NCBI RefSeq assembly: GCF_964194155.1
Contig: NC_135901.1
Location: forward strand, 9,362,001 to 9,426,000
DNA from: Cetorhinus maximus
Lineage: Eukaryota
Direction of reading: 5' to 3'
DNA: 64,000 nt
Under the pieces are notes generated by a model. That model saw nothing but the letters and a program-made list of their open reading frames with translations, made no database searches and had not been told where the DNA came from. Each line of letters starts with the position of its first letter. Within the stretch, counting starts at the first letter, position 1. Positions 34,076 to 46,997 of the stretch are shown here, one piece after another. The position numbers were made by a program, and so were the translations under genes.

Positions 34076-35220
34076 ATAGGAGCAGGAGTAGACCATAAGC
34101 CCCAATGAGCCTGCTCCGCCATTCAACATGATTGTGGTTGATCACAGAATCTTTACAGTACAGAAGGAGGCCATTTGGCCCATCGAGTCTGCACTGACGT
34201 GCTGAAAGAGCATTCTACCTCATCCCTCTACCCTGCCTTATGCCGTAACCTCACACATTCTCTCTCTTCAAGTAGCAATCCAATTCCCTTTTGAATACCT
34301 CGATCGAACCTGCCTCCAACCATCCTCTGGGTAAAAAACAAAATTCCTCACATCACTTTTACTCCTTTTGCCCATTATTTTGAATGTGTGCCCTCTAGCT
34401 CTTGATGCACTCATGAGTGTGGCAACAGTTTCTCATTATTTATTCTGTCCATACCCCTCAGAATCTTGAATACCTCTATTTAGTTTCCTCTCAGCCTTCT
34501 TTTCTCCCAGGAAAACAGACCCAACCTCTCCAATCTACCCTCGTAGCTACAGTTCTTCATCCCGGCAATCAAGAGTTAATCGACGGGATGGGGAGGGCAG
34601 ACAGGAAAGTGCAGTTGATGCCACAATGAGATCAGCCATGATCTTATTAATGGTGGAACAGGCTCAAGGGGCCAAAAGACCTACTCCTGCTCCTAATTCT
34701 TGTGATCTTATGAGACAAAGTCCCGTCTTCACACTGAGGATACTGTCCATCATGTTGTGAGGCACTATCACTATGCTAAATGAAATAGATTCAGGATGGA
34801 TCTAGATATAAATGGGCATCCATGAGGTGCTGTGGATCATCAGCAGCAGCAGAATTGTATTCAGCCACAATCTGTAACCACATGGCCCACATATCCTTTA
34901 CTCTACCATTACCATCAAGCCAAGTGACCAACCCTGGTTCAACACGAACTGCAGGAGAACATGTCAGAAGCAGCACCAGGCATTCCTAAAACTGAGATTC
35001 CAATCTGGTGACCCTATACCATGAGACTACATGCATTCTAAACAGTGGAAGCAGCATGCTTGAGACAGGGTGAAGCAATCCCAAAAACAATGGATCAGAT
35101 CAAAGCTCTGCAGTCCTGCCACATCCAGTCAGGAAAGGTATGGATAATTAAACAACTAACAGGAAGAGTAGGCTCCACAAACATCACCATTCTCAATGAT
35201 CCCAGCATATCAGTACAAAA

Positions 35221-35278
35221 GACTGGGTTATGTGTTTAGTGATCCTGGGACTGGGTTATGTGTTTAGTGATCCTGGGA
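35221..35278 (+). repeat. 28-bp tandem duplication
   Basis: gactgggttatgtgtttagtgatcctgg repeated twice. Confidence 0.85.
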
Positions 35279-37419
35279 GACTTCCCTGGATCCCGAGTCT
35301 AGGAGAGACAACCTGGAAGGTATAGGGAGCTGGGACTTGTCTGTGAGAGTAATTGAAGGCACGAGAACTGAAATAATCTAGAGTTAGAAAGGAGAAAAGA
35401 CTCCAAAAATGGAGCAGTTAGCAACTGGACATCAATTAATCTTCTCTTATGTTGGAGAAGTAAAGGTCTAGATAGTGTGCCTGAAACAATATTAGTTCAT
35501 CTTGGTCTTTAACACCACTTTCCCGCACGCTCTCCATTTCCCTCGAATGCCTGAGAGACCAAAAATCTCTCCATCTCAGCCTTAAATATATTTAAAGATG
35601 GAGCATCCAGAGCCTTCCGGGATGGAGAATTCTATGTGACAAGAGAAAAAGAGAGAGAGAAGTGGGAGAGACACAGAGAGAAAAAATGAGAGAAATGGGA
35701 TAGAGAAAGAAAGAGAAATAGAAGGGCACAAGAGAGACAGAAGAGGGTTGGAGAGACAGGGGCAATGGAAAGGCATTTTAGAGACTGACAACTGAACCAC
35801 AATTTGATAGAATCTCCCAAACCCTGAACCTCCACCATCTAGAAGGACCAGCGTAGCAGGTGTATGTGAACACCATCACCTCCAACTCACACACTGTTCT
35901 GACTTGTCTGATATCCAGGACTGGATGAGCAGAAAGTTCCTTCATTCAAATATTGGGAAGATGAAAGTCATTGTCTTCATTCCCCAATACAAACTCCGCT
36001 CCCTAGCCAACGGCTCCATCCTTCTCCCTGACAACTCTGTGAGGATGAAACAGACTGTTCGAAGCCGTGGTGAAATATTTCACCCCAAGATGAGCTTCCA
36101 AGCACATCCACATCATCACCAAGACCGCCAATTTCCATCACCCGACTCCACTCTAGTCTCAGCTCGTCTGAAACTGTCATCCATTCCTTTGTTATTTCTA
36201 GGCTTAACTCTGGCTGGAGGTTCTAGATTCAGGGGACACAGTCTCAAAATAAGGGGCAGGCTATTTGGAACTGAGGTGAGGAGGAATTTCTTCACTCAGA
36301 GGATGGTGAGTGTTTGGAATTCTCTGCCCCATAGGGCTGTGGAGGCTCAGTCGTTGAGAATGTTCAATACTGAGATCAATAGATTTCTACATATAAAAAA
36401 CATTGGGGATAAGGGGATAGTGCCAGAAAATGGTGTTGAAGTAGAAGATCAACCGTGATCTCATTGAATGGCAGAAGGGCTCAAAGGGCTGAATGGCCTA
36501 TTGCTGCTCGTATTTCTTATGTTCCTTCCTAAAGCACTTCCAGCCGGTCTCCCACATTCAACCTCCCCATAATCTTTAGTTCATCCAAAACTCTGCTGCC
36601 CGTATATTTACTCGCACCCAGTCTTATTCACCCATCACCGCTGTGCTCACTGACCTATGAAAGTTCCTGTTTAAGAAGCACCAACATTTTAAATTTCTCA
36701 TCCTTGTTTTCAAGTCCCTCCATGGTCTCACTCCTCCCTATCTCTGTAATCTTCTCCAGCCTCACATCCCACCCAGGTCTCTGCAGTCTGCTCATTCCGG
36801 CTTCCTGAGCATTCCCGATTTTAATCGCTTCATCCTTAGTATCCACATCTAAACTCAAAGGCCATAAGCACTGGAATTTCCTCCATAAACCTCTCCGCTC
36901 TCTTTCTTTCTTTCCTCGTTCAAGATTCTCCTTTAAACCTACATCTTTGACCAAACTTTTGGCCATCTGCCCTCTTACCTCTTTACATGATTCTGTGTCA
37001 AATGTTGCTTTTTAGCACATCTGTTAAACCTGGGAAGGTCTATTACATGAAATGTGCTATATAAACACACATTGTTGTTGTTGATTTGGACATATATCGC
37101 TGTTCCTTCATCATCACTGTAACTCCTTATCTAACATCATTGTGGGAGCACCTTCACCACACGGACTGCAGCGGTTCAAGAAGGTCAAACATCATCTTCT
37201 CCACAGGTAACTGGGGATGGGTAATATCTGCTGCTGGTCTTGTGGTCCAGGGCAGGGGAGTGGGACCAGCTGATTTGCGCTTCCAGAGAGCCAGCACAGG
37301 CAGGAGGGGCTGAATGGCCTCTGTCTGTATTGTAAACATTCAATGATTCAATGATAAAGAAACGACTCTGGAGACCAGGGACCAGCCTCTGGAACCAATG
37401 TCCAGCCTGATACAAACCG

Positions 37420-37805
37420 GCTCTTCATTGATCTGGGAGCTGCGGCCCCGCTCGGTGCAAACGGGGGAGGGGGGACCGGTCAGTTTATTTCCGGGGTTTG
37501 CGGTTTACACAACATGTTTCCGGAGCCTCTCCGTCCACCCGCCGGATCCATCGCTCCCTCCGCCCCGCCATCCCCCCCTTTACCCATTGTGGACCCGTCT
37601 CTCCATCTCCATTACCTGTACTGCGCATGCTCCAGTCACAGCCCGGCCCCGCCCCCTCATTCACTCCGATTGGTTGGAGGACCAGCCCCGACGCTCGGTC
37701 CTCCAGTCCCGCCCCCTCTTCCTATTGGTCCGGAGCTGCCGTCAATCACCCAGGCATTGTGACGGTTTCAAACGCTGAGAGCGGCCACAGACTCAGCCTG
37801 ACTTG
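37420..37805 (-). promoter_or_regulatory. CpG-rich promoter and exon 1 of ZNF-E
   Basis: Near-copy of 20480-20870 (double CCAAT, GC boxes, NRF1, gtaaag donor). Confidence 0.7.
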
Positions 37806-37890
37806 CTGATTTTTGGCAGCATTTTCTGTTTGGGAATTAGAGCTAGAGATGGATGGTCAGTTCCCCTCTGTCCGGGGGGGATTCACACTC

Positions 37891-37962
37891 ATTTCCCCAG
37901 TGCAGTGATTATCACGTTTACTTTACATGAGAAAGTCCCCGGTTCAATCCCGGCTGGAAACT
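37891..37962 (+). pseudogene. tRNA-Val(TAC)-like pseudogene, copy 2
   Basis: Identical by eye to 20955-21024. Confidence 0.8.
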
Positions 37963-38117
37963 TTGTGTTTAACATTGTTACTGATGAGGAATTAACAGTG
38001 AGTTTAGTTTCATATCGAACAGGGTGACAGTTCCTGTCGTCTCATTCTTTAAAAGCTCCTTCTTCACCTTTAAACAGGTAACGATAAGTGAGGGAAAACT
38101 GATCCACAGTGACCCCA

Positions 38118-38885
38118 AAAACAAGATACCGCAGATGCTGCAAATCCGATCTCAAAACAGAAAATGTTGGAAACACTCAGCAGGTCAAACAGCATCATTC
38201 TCAGTGAATGTTTCACGTCGCTGAACTTTTATCCAAACTGGAAAATTTCCCAGATTTAACAGTTTATAAACAAGTCCAGAGTCAGAGAAAACAGAGCAGA
38301 CAGAAGGAAACAACAAACGGTCTTGTGACAGGATGGAAGGCTGGAGAGAGTAAATGATAAAGGGGACAATGGTGCAAGGCAACATTGGGTGACCAGACAA
38401 TTAAAGAAACTAATGGGACAAGGAAACAAATAAGACAGGTTCAGAGGAGGGATAAATGGTAACAGCAGAGCCATTACCAGCATCTCCTGCCCTAAAAATT
38501 GGAGTGATGTTTATGATATGAAATTATTAAAATTAATGTTGAGTCTGAAAGGTTGTAAAGTGACTAATCAAAGACGAGCTGCTGTTCCTCGAGCTTCTGT
38601 TGGGCTTCATGCGGCAGTACAGGAGGCCGAGGGCTAAGAGGTCAGACTTGAAGTGAGGCTGAGAATTAAAACAGTAAATGAGAAGCAGCTCAGGATCGCA
38701 CTTGCAAAGTGAATGGTGATTTTACATGAAGCAGTCACCCAATCTGGATTTAGTCTCCACAGTGTAGCGGAGACCACATCGTGAACAGTGAATACAGAAT
38801 ACTAAATTGTAAATAGTACAAGTAAATTACTGTGTCACCGGGAAAGTGTGTTTGGGGACCTGGAACGTGGAAAAGGAGGAGGTGG
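38118..38885 (-). mobile_element. old Penelope-like fragment (GIY-YIG relic plus terminal repeat)
   Basis: Reverse complement encodes decayed NLVFCIHCSRCGLRYTVETKSRLGDCF...QKLEEQQL; homologous to 2880-3180. Confidence 0.7.
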
Positions 38886-39905
38886 CAATGAATCTGTTTC
38901 AATAAGTTTGCAACAGACCAATGCACAGTTGTTCTGCTGTGCTTTATATTTTAATGGGAATTATCAAATGTTTTTAACCACTATGATCTTGGCTAGTTGT
39001 CTATAATGTCTTCGCATTTCTCTGTTGATCTATCCAGGAGGACTGGTGTGGTAAGAAGGACTTGTCTGTAAAACACAGTCACTGTGAGCATGATAATGGA
39101 ACATTTGTATATCAAAGGGCAGTGATACCTGATCACCTATCGAGTGAGTGAGTTTGTAACAGTGTAACTCAAATAATTACAGCTACCGCAGGAGATTCTC
39201 TGGCTACAAGTCAATAAGGAAGGAATCAGGACTGTGCAGTCCCACCCAGCTGGATACCAGTGGAGAGGCATTGGAGGAGGATGGAGTGGTCATTGGTGTC
39301 TGCTGCCCTTGTCCTTCTAGGTGGCAGTGGTCGTGGGTTTGGAAGATGCTGTCTAAGGAGCCTTGGTGGGTTGGAGGTGAGTACAGAGGAGACGGGAGAG
39401 GGATGCACTTAACTTGTGTTACAGATATTAAGAAGACTCGGCACACTGTGTGTTTCACACAAAGCTGCTTTATTTTTATTATATCCAGAACATTAATACC
39501 TCTAACTGGCCTGGAGTTTATTAATATCAGTAGAAACAGACCCCAATGAACATGGTTCAGTCCTGGATGTGATTACCAGAAAAATCCAATTACTGTCGTC
39601 ACTTGTAAACTTGATGGTGACTCAGCAGAGTCCATGACCAAGTGAATGTCTTCTTAGACTCGGAGCAGGTATATGGCCTCTCTCAGTGTGAGCTCTCTTG
39701 TATCTCAGCACGTGGGATAACTGACCGAATCCCTTCCCTCACAAGTAGCAGGTGAATGGCCTCTCTCAGTGTGTACTCGCTGGTGCACATTGAGTTGAGA
39801 TGATCGCTTGAACCCAGTCCTGCAGTGAGGACACCTGAACAGTCTCTCGACTGTGTGAACACATCGATGGGACATCAGGTCCCTGGAACATTTAAAGCAC
39901 TTCCC

Positions 39906-40634
39906 TCAGTCTGGGCATTTAAAAGGTCTCTCCCCAGCATGAACTCGCTGGTGTGTCAGCACGTGGGATAACTGAGTGAATCCTTTCCCACACATGTAGC
40001 AGGTGAAAGGTCTCTCTCCCGTGTGAACTCGCTGGTGTGTCAGCACATGGGATAACTGTGTGAATCCCTTCCCACACATGTAGCAGGTGAAAGGTCTCTC
40101 TCCCGTGTGAACTCGCTGGTGTCTCAGCAGGCTGGCTGAACAAGTAAATCCTTTCCCACACATGTAGCAGGTGAACGGTTTCTCGCCAGTGTGAATTCGC
40201 TGGTGTACAGTGAGGTGAGATGATCGCTTGAACCCAGTCCCACAGTGAGAGCACCTAAATGGTCTCTCGTCAGTGTGAACACATTGATGGAGCATTAGTT
40301 CCCATGAACTTTTATAGCATTTCCCACAATCTGGGCATTTAAAAGGTCTCTCCCCAGTGTGAACTCGCTGGTGCCTCAGCAGGTTGGATAACTGAGTGAA
40401 TCCCTTCCCACACTCAGAGCAGGTGAATGGTTTCCCCCCGGTGTGAATTCGCTGGTGTGTAATCAGCTGGGATGATCGAGAGAATCCCTTCCCACACACG
40501 GAGCAGGTGAACGGTCTTTCCCCAGTGTGAGTGCGTCGATGAGTTTCCAGCTGACACGGGTAACTGAATCTCTCCTCACAGTCCCCACATTTCCACGGTT
40601 TCTCTCCAATTTGAACAGTGCTTTTTCCTTCCAT
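39906..40634 (-). CDS. C2H2 zinc-finger protein ZNF-F, truncated
   Basis: ATG at 40634; 8 complete fingers (7 and 8 are a near-identical 84-bp duplication); TGA replaces a Cys codon; decayed fingers continue to ~39598. Confidence 0.8.
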   Translation of the reverse strand: MEGKSTVQIGEKPWKCGDCEERFSYPCQLETHRRTHTGERPFTCSVCGKGFSRSSQLITHQRIHTGGKPFTCSECGKGFTQLSNLLRHQRVHTGERPFKCPDCGKCYKSSWELMLHQCVHTDERPFRCSHCGTGFKRSSHLTVHQRIHTGEKPFTCYMCGKGFTCSASLLRHQRVHTGERPFTCYMCGKGFTQLSHVLTHQRVHTGERPFTCYMCGKGFTQLSHVLTHQRVHAGERPFKCPD

Positions 40635-41558
40635 GTTCAAAATGCTATGCTGTTCAGGTTACAATGTATTGGGCGACTTCTTCAGATGCTGTTTTCTGAC
40701 TGCAAATCCTCCCCTTCTAATATCCTGTGAAACTGATTTAAAACCGAAAAATGGAGTGAGAGGGAACCCACAAAAACACAAAGGCAGGTTGGGAAATAGA
40801 ACTGAATGAAAAGAGAGCAAGAGAGAAATAAAGAAAGAAAACAGGGGGTAAAGGAGAGAGATTTTATATACATATACAGCTTGATCAGAACTGTGTGGGA
40901 ATGTCCAAAACCCTCAACCTCCACCACCGAGAAGGACCAGGGTAGCTGGTGTATGTGAAAACCATCACCTCCAAGTTCCCCTCCAAGTCACACACCGTCC
41001 TGACTTGTACGACATCCAGTGCTGGATAAGCTGAAATTTTCTCCATTTAAGTATTGGGAAGACTGAAGCCGTTTTCTTCAGTCCCCACTACAAACTCCAT
41101 TCCCAGCCACCGGCTCCATCCCTCTTCCTGGTAACTGCCTGAGGCTGAACCAGGCTGTTCACAACCATGGAAAAATATTTCACCCAAAGATGAGCTTCCA
41201 AGCACATCCACATCATCACCAAGACCGCCAATTTCCACCTCAGTAACATCGTCCAACTCCACCCTCGTCTCAGCTCATCCTCTGCTGAAACCATCATCCA
41301 TTCCTTTGTTACCTCTAGACTTAACAATCCTAACACAGTCCTGGCCGGCTTCCAACATTCAACCTCCCTGTGATCTTGAGGTCATCCAAAACTCTGCTGC
41401 CCGTGTGTTTACTCGCATCAAGTCTTGTTCACCGTTCACCCCTTTGCTCATTGATCTTCAAAGGTTCCCGGTTAAGAAGCAGCAAAACTTAAAAATTCTC
41501 ATCCTTGTTTTCCTCCCTGGCTGCGATCATCCCTATCTCTGTAGTCAACTCCACCCGC

Positions 41559-42398
41559 TGTCAAGATGGTATAATAATGCCTATAATGTTATTGGAAATT
41601 CTTTAAAAAATAGAGTTTAGTGGTGTCTGTGTCTAAGTGTGTGTGTCTTAATTGGACTAAAGCCAGCTGGTCTAGAGGCTTTGATGTAGAGAAGATAAAT
41701 TGGTTTGAAATGGTAATTAGATAAACATAGAAGGTGAGATGTAAAGGGGCCAATTTGCGTTCTTAAGTAGACCTTTCAAAAGAGGTGAAATATTACACCT
41801 AACCAGGTGAAGCTCAGAAACAATGTCTTTATTTTTTTCAAAGCTTACGAGTAAAGTGAGTATTATGAAAGGGTTTTATTGTTAGTAGGTTTAAAGTTAA
41901 AAAAAACCGAGTGACAATGCAAATTTGCACTCAAAGAGGAAAATATATATAAAGGAAGAGAAGGCTGTTGGTAAAAGGAGGAGGGATTCTAAGATCTAAA
42001 GCCTCCAGCCTCTAAGCCTGTCTGCAAGGACCCAGTGCTGAAAGAAACTCATATTGAATGTGACTGTCCAGGGAGTGCTTTGCCAGGGATCTGTTTAAAT
42101 CTGTTTTACTGTTGCCTAAACTGGGGTGTAACTGACAATCAGATTAATTAGGGGATTTTTGTAGTTATTATAGTAGTAATTTTGTAGACATATGTATGTG
42201 CTTACAATCTTTCTTGTATTATTAAATGTTTAATTTAGTTTTATAAAAAACCTCTTGAGACTCTGTGGTCTTATCACTACTGAATTCAAAGACTGCATCT
42301 CGAAACATACAAATTGCATAAATGGGTTATGGCAGTTGTTTCAAGTTTCCCTCTGGGATTTGAACAACTCAGCATTTACCATTGGCTGTGTCATAATA
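41559..42398 (+). repeat. 5' LTR
   Basis: tgtcaaga...gtgtcataata; direct repeat of 46050-46997. Confidence 0.9.
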
Positions 42399-45300
42399 AT
42401 TGGGGGCTCTTTGAGGGATATATTTGTAATTCCTTGATTTTTCTGATTGGTGATTTTTAGATTACGAGTACGAGAAGCACTTTGAATTCAGGAATGGGTG
42501 TGAGGTATTTTTGAAGTGATGAGACTGCAAAAATGCCTGTATCCATGGCTAAATCTTTATGGAAGTAGAAGATATAACTCTGACTGGGTTACAGAAAGTA
42601 TCCAAGAATAAGTTAACAGAGTTGGTGGATAACTTGCAATTGGGGTTACCGGTGGGGGCTAGGAAAGCAGATATAGTTGAAGTGATAGCACAGCATTTGA
42701 AGTTGGAAGTGACACCTGGCATCAGTGAGTCACAGATAGAGGTGGTGCAACTTCAGTTTGAACTGAAGAACCTTGAACTTGAACAAGCAAAGGACATGAA
42801 TAAAAAACTGGAACTAGAGGCAGCAGAAAAAGAAAGGGAAAAAGACAGATTATTTCAAAAAGAAATAGAAATGCAAAAACTTGATCTCCAGAGGGAAAAG
42901 TTAGCAATGAAAGAGTGAACTAAGGAAAGAGACAGAGAATATCGGCTTAAAAGGCTGGAAGTTAAAAAAAGAGACCTCAGATTCTGATGAGGAAAAAACC
43001 TGTAACCTAAAACCCGGTGGGGAGATGTTTAAATTGTACAAGTTCTTCCAAAGTTTGAGGAAAAAGATATTGAAGCATTCTTTATTTCATTTGAGAAGAT
43101 AGCTAAACTGGTGAAATGGTCAAGGAGAAGTGGACATTGCTGTTACAATCCAGGTTGGTGTGTAGAACACATGAGGTATATGCTTCGTTATCAAAAATGT
43201 CGGTGAATTATGATGTGGTAAAAAAGGCTATTTTGAGTGCATATGAGTTGGTTCCTGAGGCATACAGGCAGAAATTTAGGAATATGAGAAAACAGCGTGG
43301 GCAAACATATCGAATTTGAAAGAGTAAAACAAAGTAATTTTGAACAGTGGATACGGGCATTAAAAATAGAGACAACATATGCAGTGCTTAGAGAAGTAAT
43401 TATTTTGGAAGAATTTAAAGATTCAATCCCTTTGGTAGTGAGAACAAATGTGGAGGAACAGAGGGTTCAAACGGTAAGACAAGCAGCAGAGACAGCTGAT
43501 GATTGTGAGTTAGTTCATAGAGCTAAACCTTTTTTTGTCACCCTTTCAAATTGGAAACGGATAAAAAGTGGGAAGGTGAAAAGAAGATGGGTAGTCAGGG
43601 AAGAGGAGTAGCTGGAAATTCCCAGGAAGTCTTTTCTCAGAATAAAAAGGAAGGTGTTGAGGGTAGAAGTGACATTTGAAAGTTGAGGTGTTTTCATTGT
43701 AATAAAGAAGGACACACAAAGTCAGTATGTTGGAAATTGCAGAATTTGTTGGAATCATTCAGGTGCAGGAAAGTTTTGGAAGTAAAAGTACTGTGTGTTC
43801 TGAGGCTCAGGCACAGGATAAACCAGTGGTTTGTGTACAAGTAAAACAGGGAGAATCAGTGATAGGTAAAGAAGTGGGAATGTGTTGAGCTTACCCAAGA
43901 GAATTCTGAGGAGCAGGTTGCAGAAATGTTTAAAGACTTTGTGTGTGAAGGGAAAGTCTTTCCATGTGTAAAGGGTGGAGTAGGTAAAGATGTTAAATTT
44001 TAAGAGACACGGGGCTAGTCAATCCTTAATGTTGTGGGATAGTGATAGTTGTTGTGCAGAGGAAGTATTGCAGGAACAGGTGATAATAATTGGGGTTCAT
44101 GGAGATGCTAAACCTATTCCATTGTGGAAGATAAATTTGAAGAGTAAGTGGAAAACTGACGAAGTGACTGTTGGGGTGGTGGAAAAATTGCCCATTGCAG
44201 GGGTTCAATTTATTCTGGGTAATGATATAGCTGGATCACAAATGTGGGTGATGCCAATGGTAGGTCAGCAGCCTGCAGAAGTGTTTTCAATAGAGGTGTT
44301 ACAAGGGGAGCATCCTGGATTGTTTCCAGGTTGTGTGATAACGAATTCACAGGCACACAGGTTGAAGCAAGAGAAACAAAAAGGATAAGCAGTTCAAAGG
44401 CATGAAGAAGGTATTGAAATACAATGAGCAGGCACTGTGTTTGATAACATTGTTCGTAAAGACACAGCAGAGGACAGTTCAACTGAAGTGTTTAACTCAA
44501 GGCAATTAATTGAGTTGCAGCAAAAGATTTGCAATTAAAATAGTTATATCAGACAGCTTTCTCAGAAACAGAGGCAAAATGTATCCCAGAATGTTATTCA
44601 CACAGGAAGACTACAGCTCAGAATTTTATTGCCGGAGACAAAGTGTTAGTTCTGTTACAAGTACTGAGTGACTTGTTAAAGGCAAGGTTTAGTGGGCCTT
44701 ACAGGATTGAAAAGAAATTGAGTGAATTAATTATTCAACAAATGCTCCAGATAGAAGAAAGCAGATGGTGAGTCATGTAAATATGCTTAAAAAGTACTTT
44801 GACAGGGAAGAGAAACAAAAAGAGGTATTCGTGGTGGTAAATGATGAGAAAGAGGTAGGAATGCAGAACACTGACATTGATTTTCCTCTAGTCAAATTGG
44901 ATACTATGGGGAACTTGAAAGCTTAAACGTAATATTGAGTTCCCTTCCAGACAAGTGTCAAAATGATTTGGAAAAGCTATTGCAGTCATAAAAAGCTATT
45001 TGTGGAAATAAGTCGGGGAGGATAGATTTAGCCATATATGATGTCTCTGTAGAAGTTTCATCTTCGAGGAGGCAACATCCTTATAGATTAAATCTGGCAA
45101 AGTTATTACAAGTACAGAAAGAAATTGACTTCATGCTTCAAAATGATATCATTGAGTCTAGTTGCAGTAACTGGAGCTCGCCTATAGTACTGGTACCGAA
45201 ACTGGATGGAACACAGAGACTGTGTGTGGACTATCGAAAGGAGAATACGGTGACAAAAGCAGATTCATATCCTAAGGTTAGAGGGTTGTATTGAGAAAGT

Positions 45301-46049
45301 GGGACAATCAAAATTTATCACAAAGATTGACTTGCTAAAAGGATATTGGCAAGTACCGCTTTCGGAGAGAGCAAAGGAGATATCGGCTTTTGTGACGCCA
45401 AATGGACTATATCAGTTTAAAGTCATGCCAGTGGCATGAAGAATGCACCTGTGACATTTCAAATACTGACAAAAAAATGTATTTGCAGGTCTAAGCAATT
45501 GTGCGGTTTATATTGATGACTTAATAGTTTTCAGTCAGACACGGGAGGAGCAGTTACAGCATCTGGAAGAGTTATTTACTCGATTACAAGAAGCTAATTT
45601 GGTGATGAGCTTGACTAGAAGTGAATTTGAAAAAGTGCAAGGTACATATCTAGACCATACTATTGGACATGGTAAGGTGGCTCCAAAGGATGTGAAAGTC
45701 AAGTTTCGGGACAAATTTCAAGACAAAAGTGCCAGGCTATTCAGGTGGAGTTTATTAATGCAACCATTTAATCTACAGATAATACATGTCACTAGGTGAG
45801 AGAATCTGATTGCAGATGCATTATCAAGTGTTTGAAACATAAAGGGAATATTGGACATTTTAACACCTGGACACTGAACTGGAATGATTTCTGCTGATAC
45901 CAAGGATTTGCATATATATTATGTTAATGAATGCAACTGGTAATGTAATAGTGTAAGTATATAGTTAAGTATAGGAGATAGTGTAAGTTGGGTTAATAAA
46001 AAAGCTGTCTTTTAGAATTATGGGAGTTCATTTTTGATAAGGAGGGGGA

Positions 46050-46997
46050 TGTCAAGAAGATATAATAATGCCCATAATGTTATTGAAAATTTTTAAAAAT
46101 AGAGTTTAGTGGTGTCTGTATCTATGTATGTGTGTCTTAATTGGATTAAAACCAGCTGGTCTAGAGGCTTTGATGTATAGGAGAGAAGTAGATTTGAAAT
46201 GGTAATTAGATAAACATAGAGAAATAGAAAGTGAGATGTAAAAGGGCCAATTTGCATTTTTAAATAGACCATTCAAAAGAGTGAGTGAAATATTACACCT
46301 AACCAGGTGTAACTCAGAAACAATATGCTTATTTTTTCAAAGCTTACTAGCAAAGTGGGTATTATGAAAGAGTCTTATTGACAGAAGATTAAAAATTTTA
46401 AAAAAGCTAGTGACAATGAGAATTTGCATTTAAAGAGGAAAATATGTATAAAGGAAGAGAAGGCTGTTGGTAAAAGGAGAGGGATTCTAAGATCTAAAGC
46501 CTCCATCAAGTCCGTACGCAAGAGCCCAGTGCTGAAAGAAACTCATTTTGAATGTGACTGTCCAGGGAGTGCTTTGCCAGGGGTCATAGAGGTCTACAGC
46601 AGAGAAAAAGGCCCTTCGGCCCATTGAGTCTGCGCCAGTCAAACAAGTACCTAATTATTCTAATCCCATTTTCCAGCACTAGGCCCATTGCTTGTTTAAA
46701 TCTGTGTTTTACTGTTGCCTTAAGTGAGGTGTAACTGAGAGTCAGGTTAATTAGGGGATTTTTGTAGTTTTTATAGCAGTAATTTTGTAGACATATGTAT
46801 GTGCTTACAATCTTTCTTGTGTTAATAAATGTCTAATTTAGTTTTATAAAAAACCTGAGACTCAGTGGTCTTATTACTACTGAATTCAAAGCCTGCATCT
46901 CGAAACACACAAATTGCAAAAATGGGCTATGACAGTTGTTCAAGTTTCCTTCCGGGATTTGAACATCTCAGCATTTACCATTGGCTGTGTCATAATA
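46050..46997 (+). repeat. 3' LTR with a ~107-bp inverted CR1-tail insertion (~46584-46690)
   Basis: Colinear with the 5' LTR except for the insert, whose reverse complement resembles the CR1 tail at 52440-52550. Confidence 0.88.

Larger units (their letters stand above)
41559..46997 (+). mobile_element. Gmr1-like Gypsy LTR retrotransposon, degenerate and internally deleted
   Basis: LTRs 41559-42398 and 46050-46997; PBS tgggggctc..gggat (tRNA-Pro type) at 42401; PPT aaggaggggga 46039-46049; TSD cccgc/cccac. Domain order: gag (SCAN-like, CFHCNKEGHTKSVC), PR (RDTGASQSL), IN C-terminus (GDKVLV..RFSGPY..HVNMLKKY), RT (YIDD 45509-45520), RNase H end (RLFRWSLLMQPF..IADALS). Confidence 0.9.

Noticed and set aside
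35638-35762. GA-rich tract
   Set aside because: Ordinary low-complexity sequence, present in shorter form at the same intronic position in paralogous units.
38950-39200. Possible integrase-core relic on the minus strand
   Set aside because: Only faint similarity (GDQ...F...SYH) with frameshifts; cannot be supported without a search.
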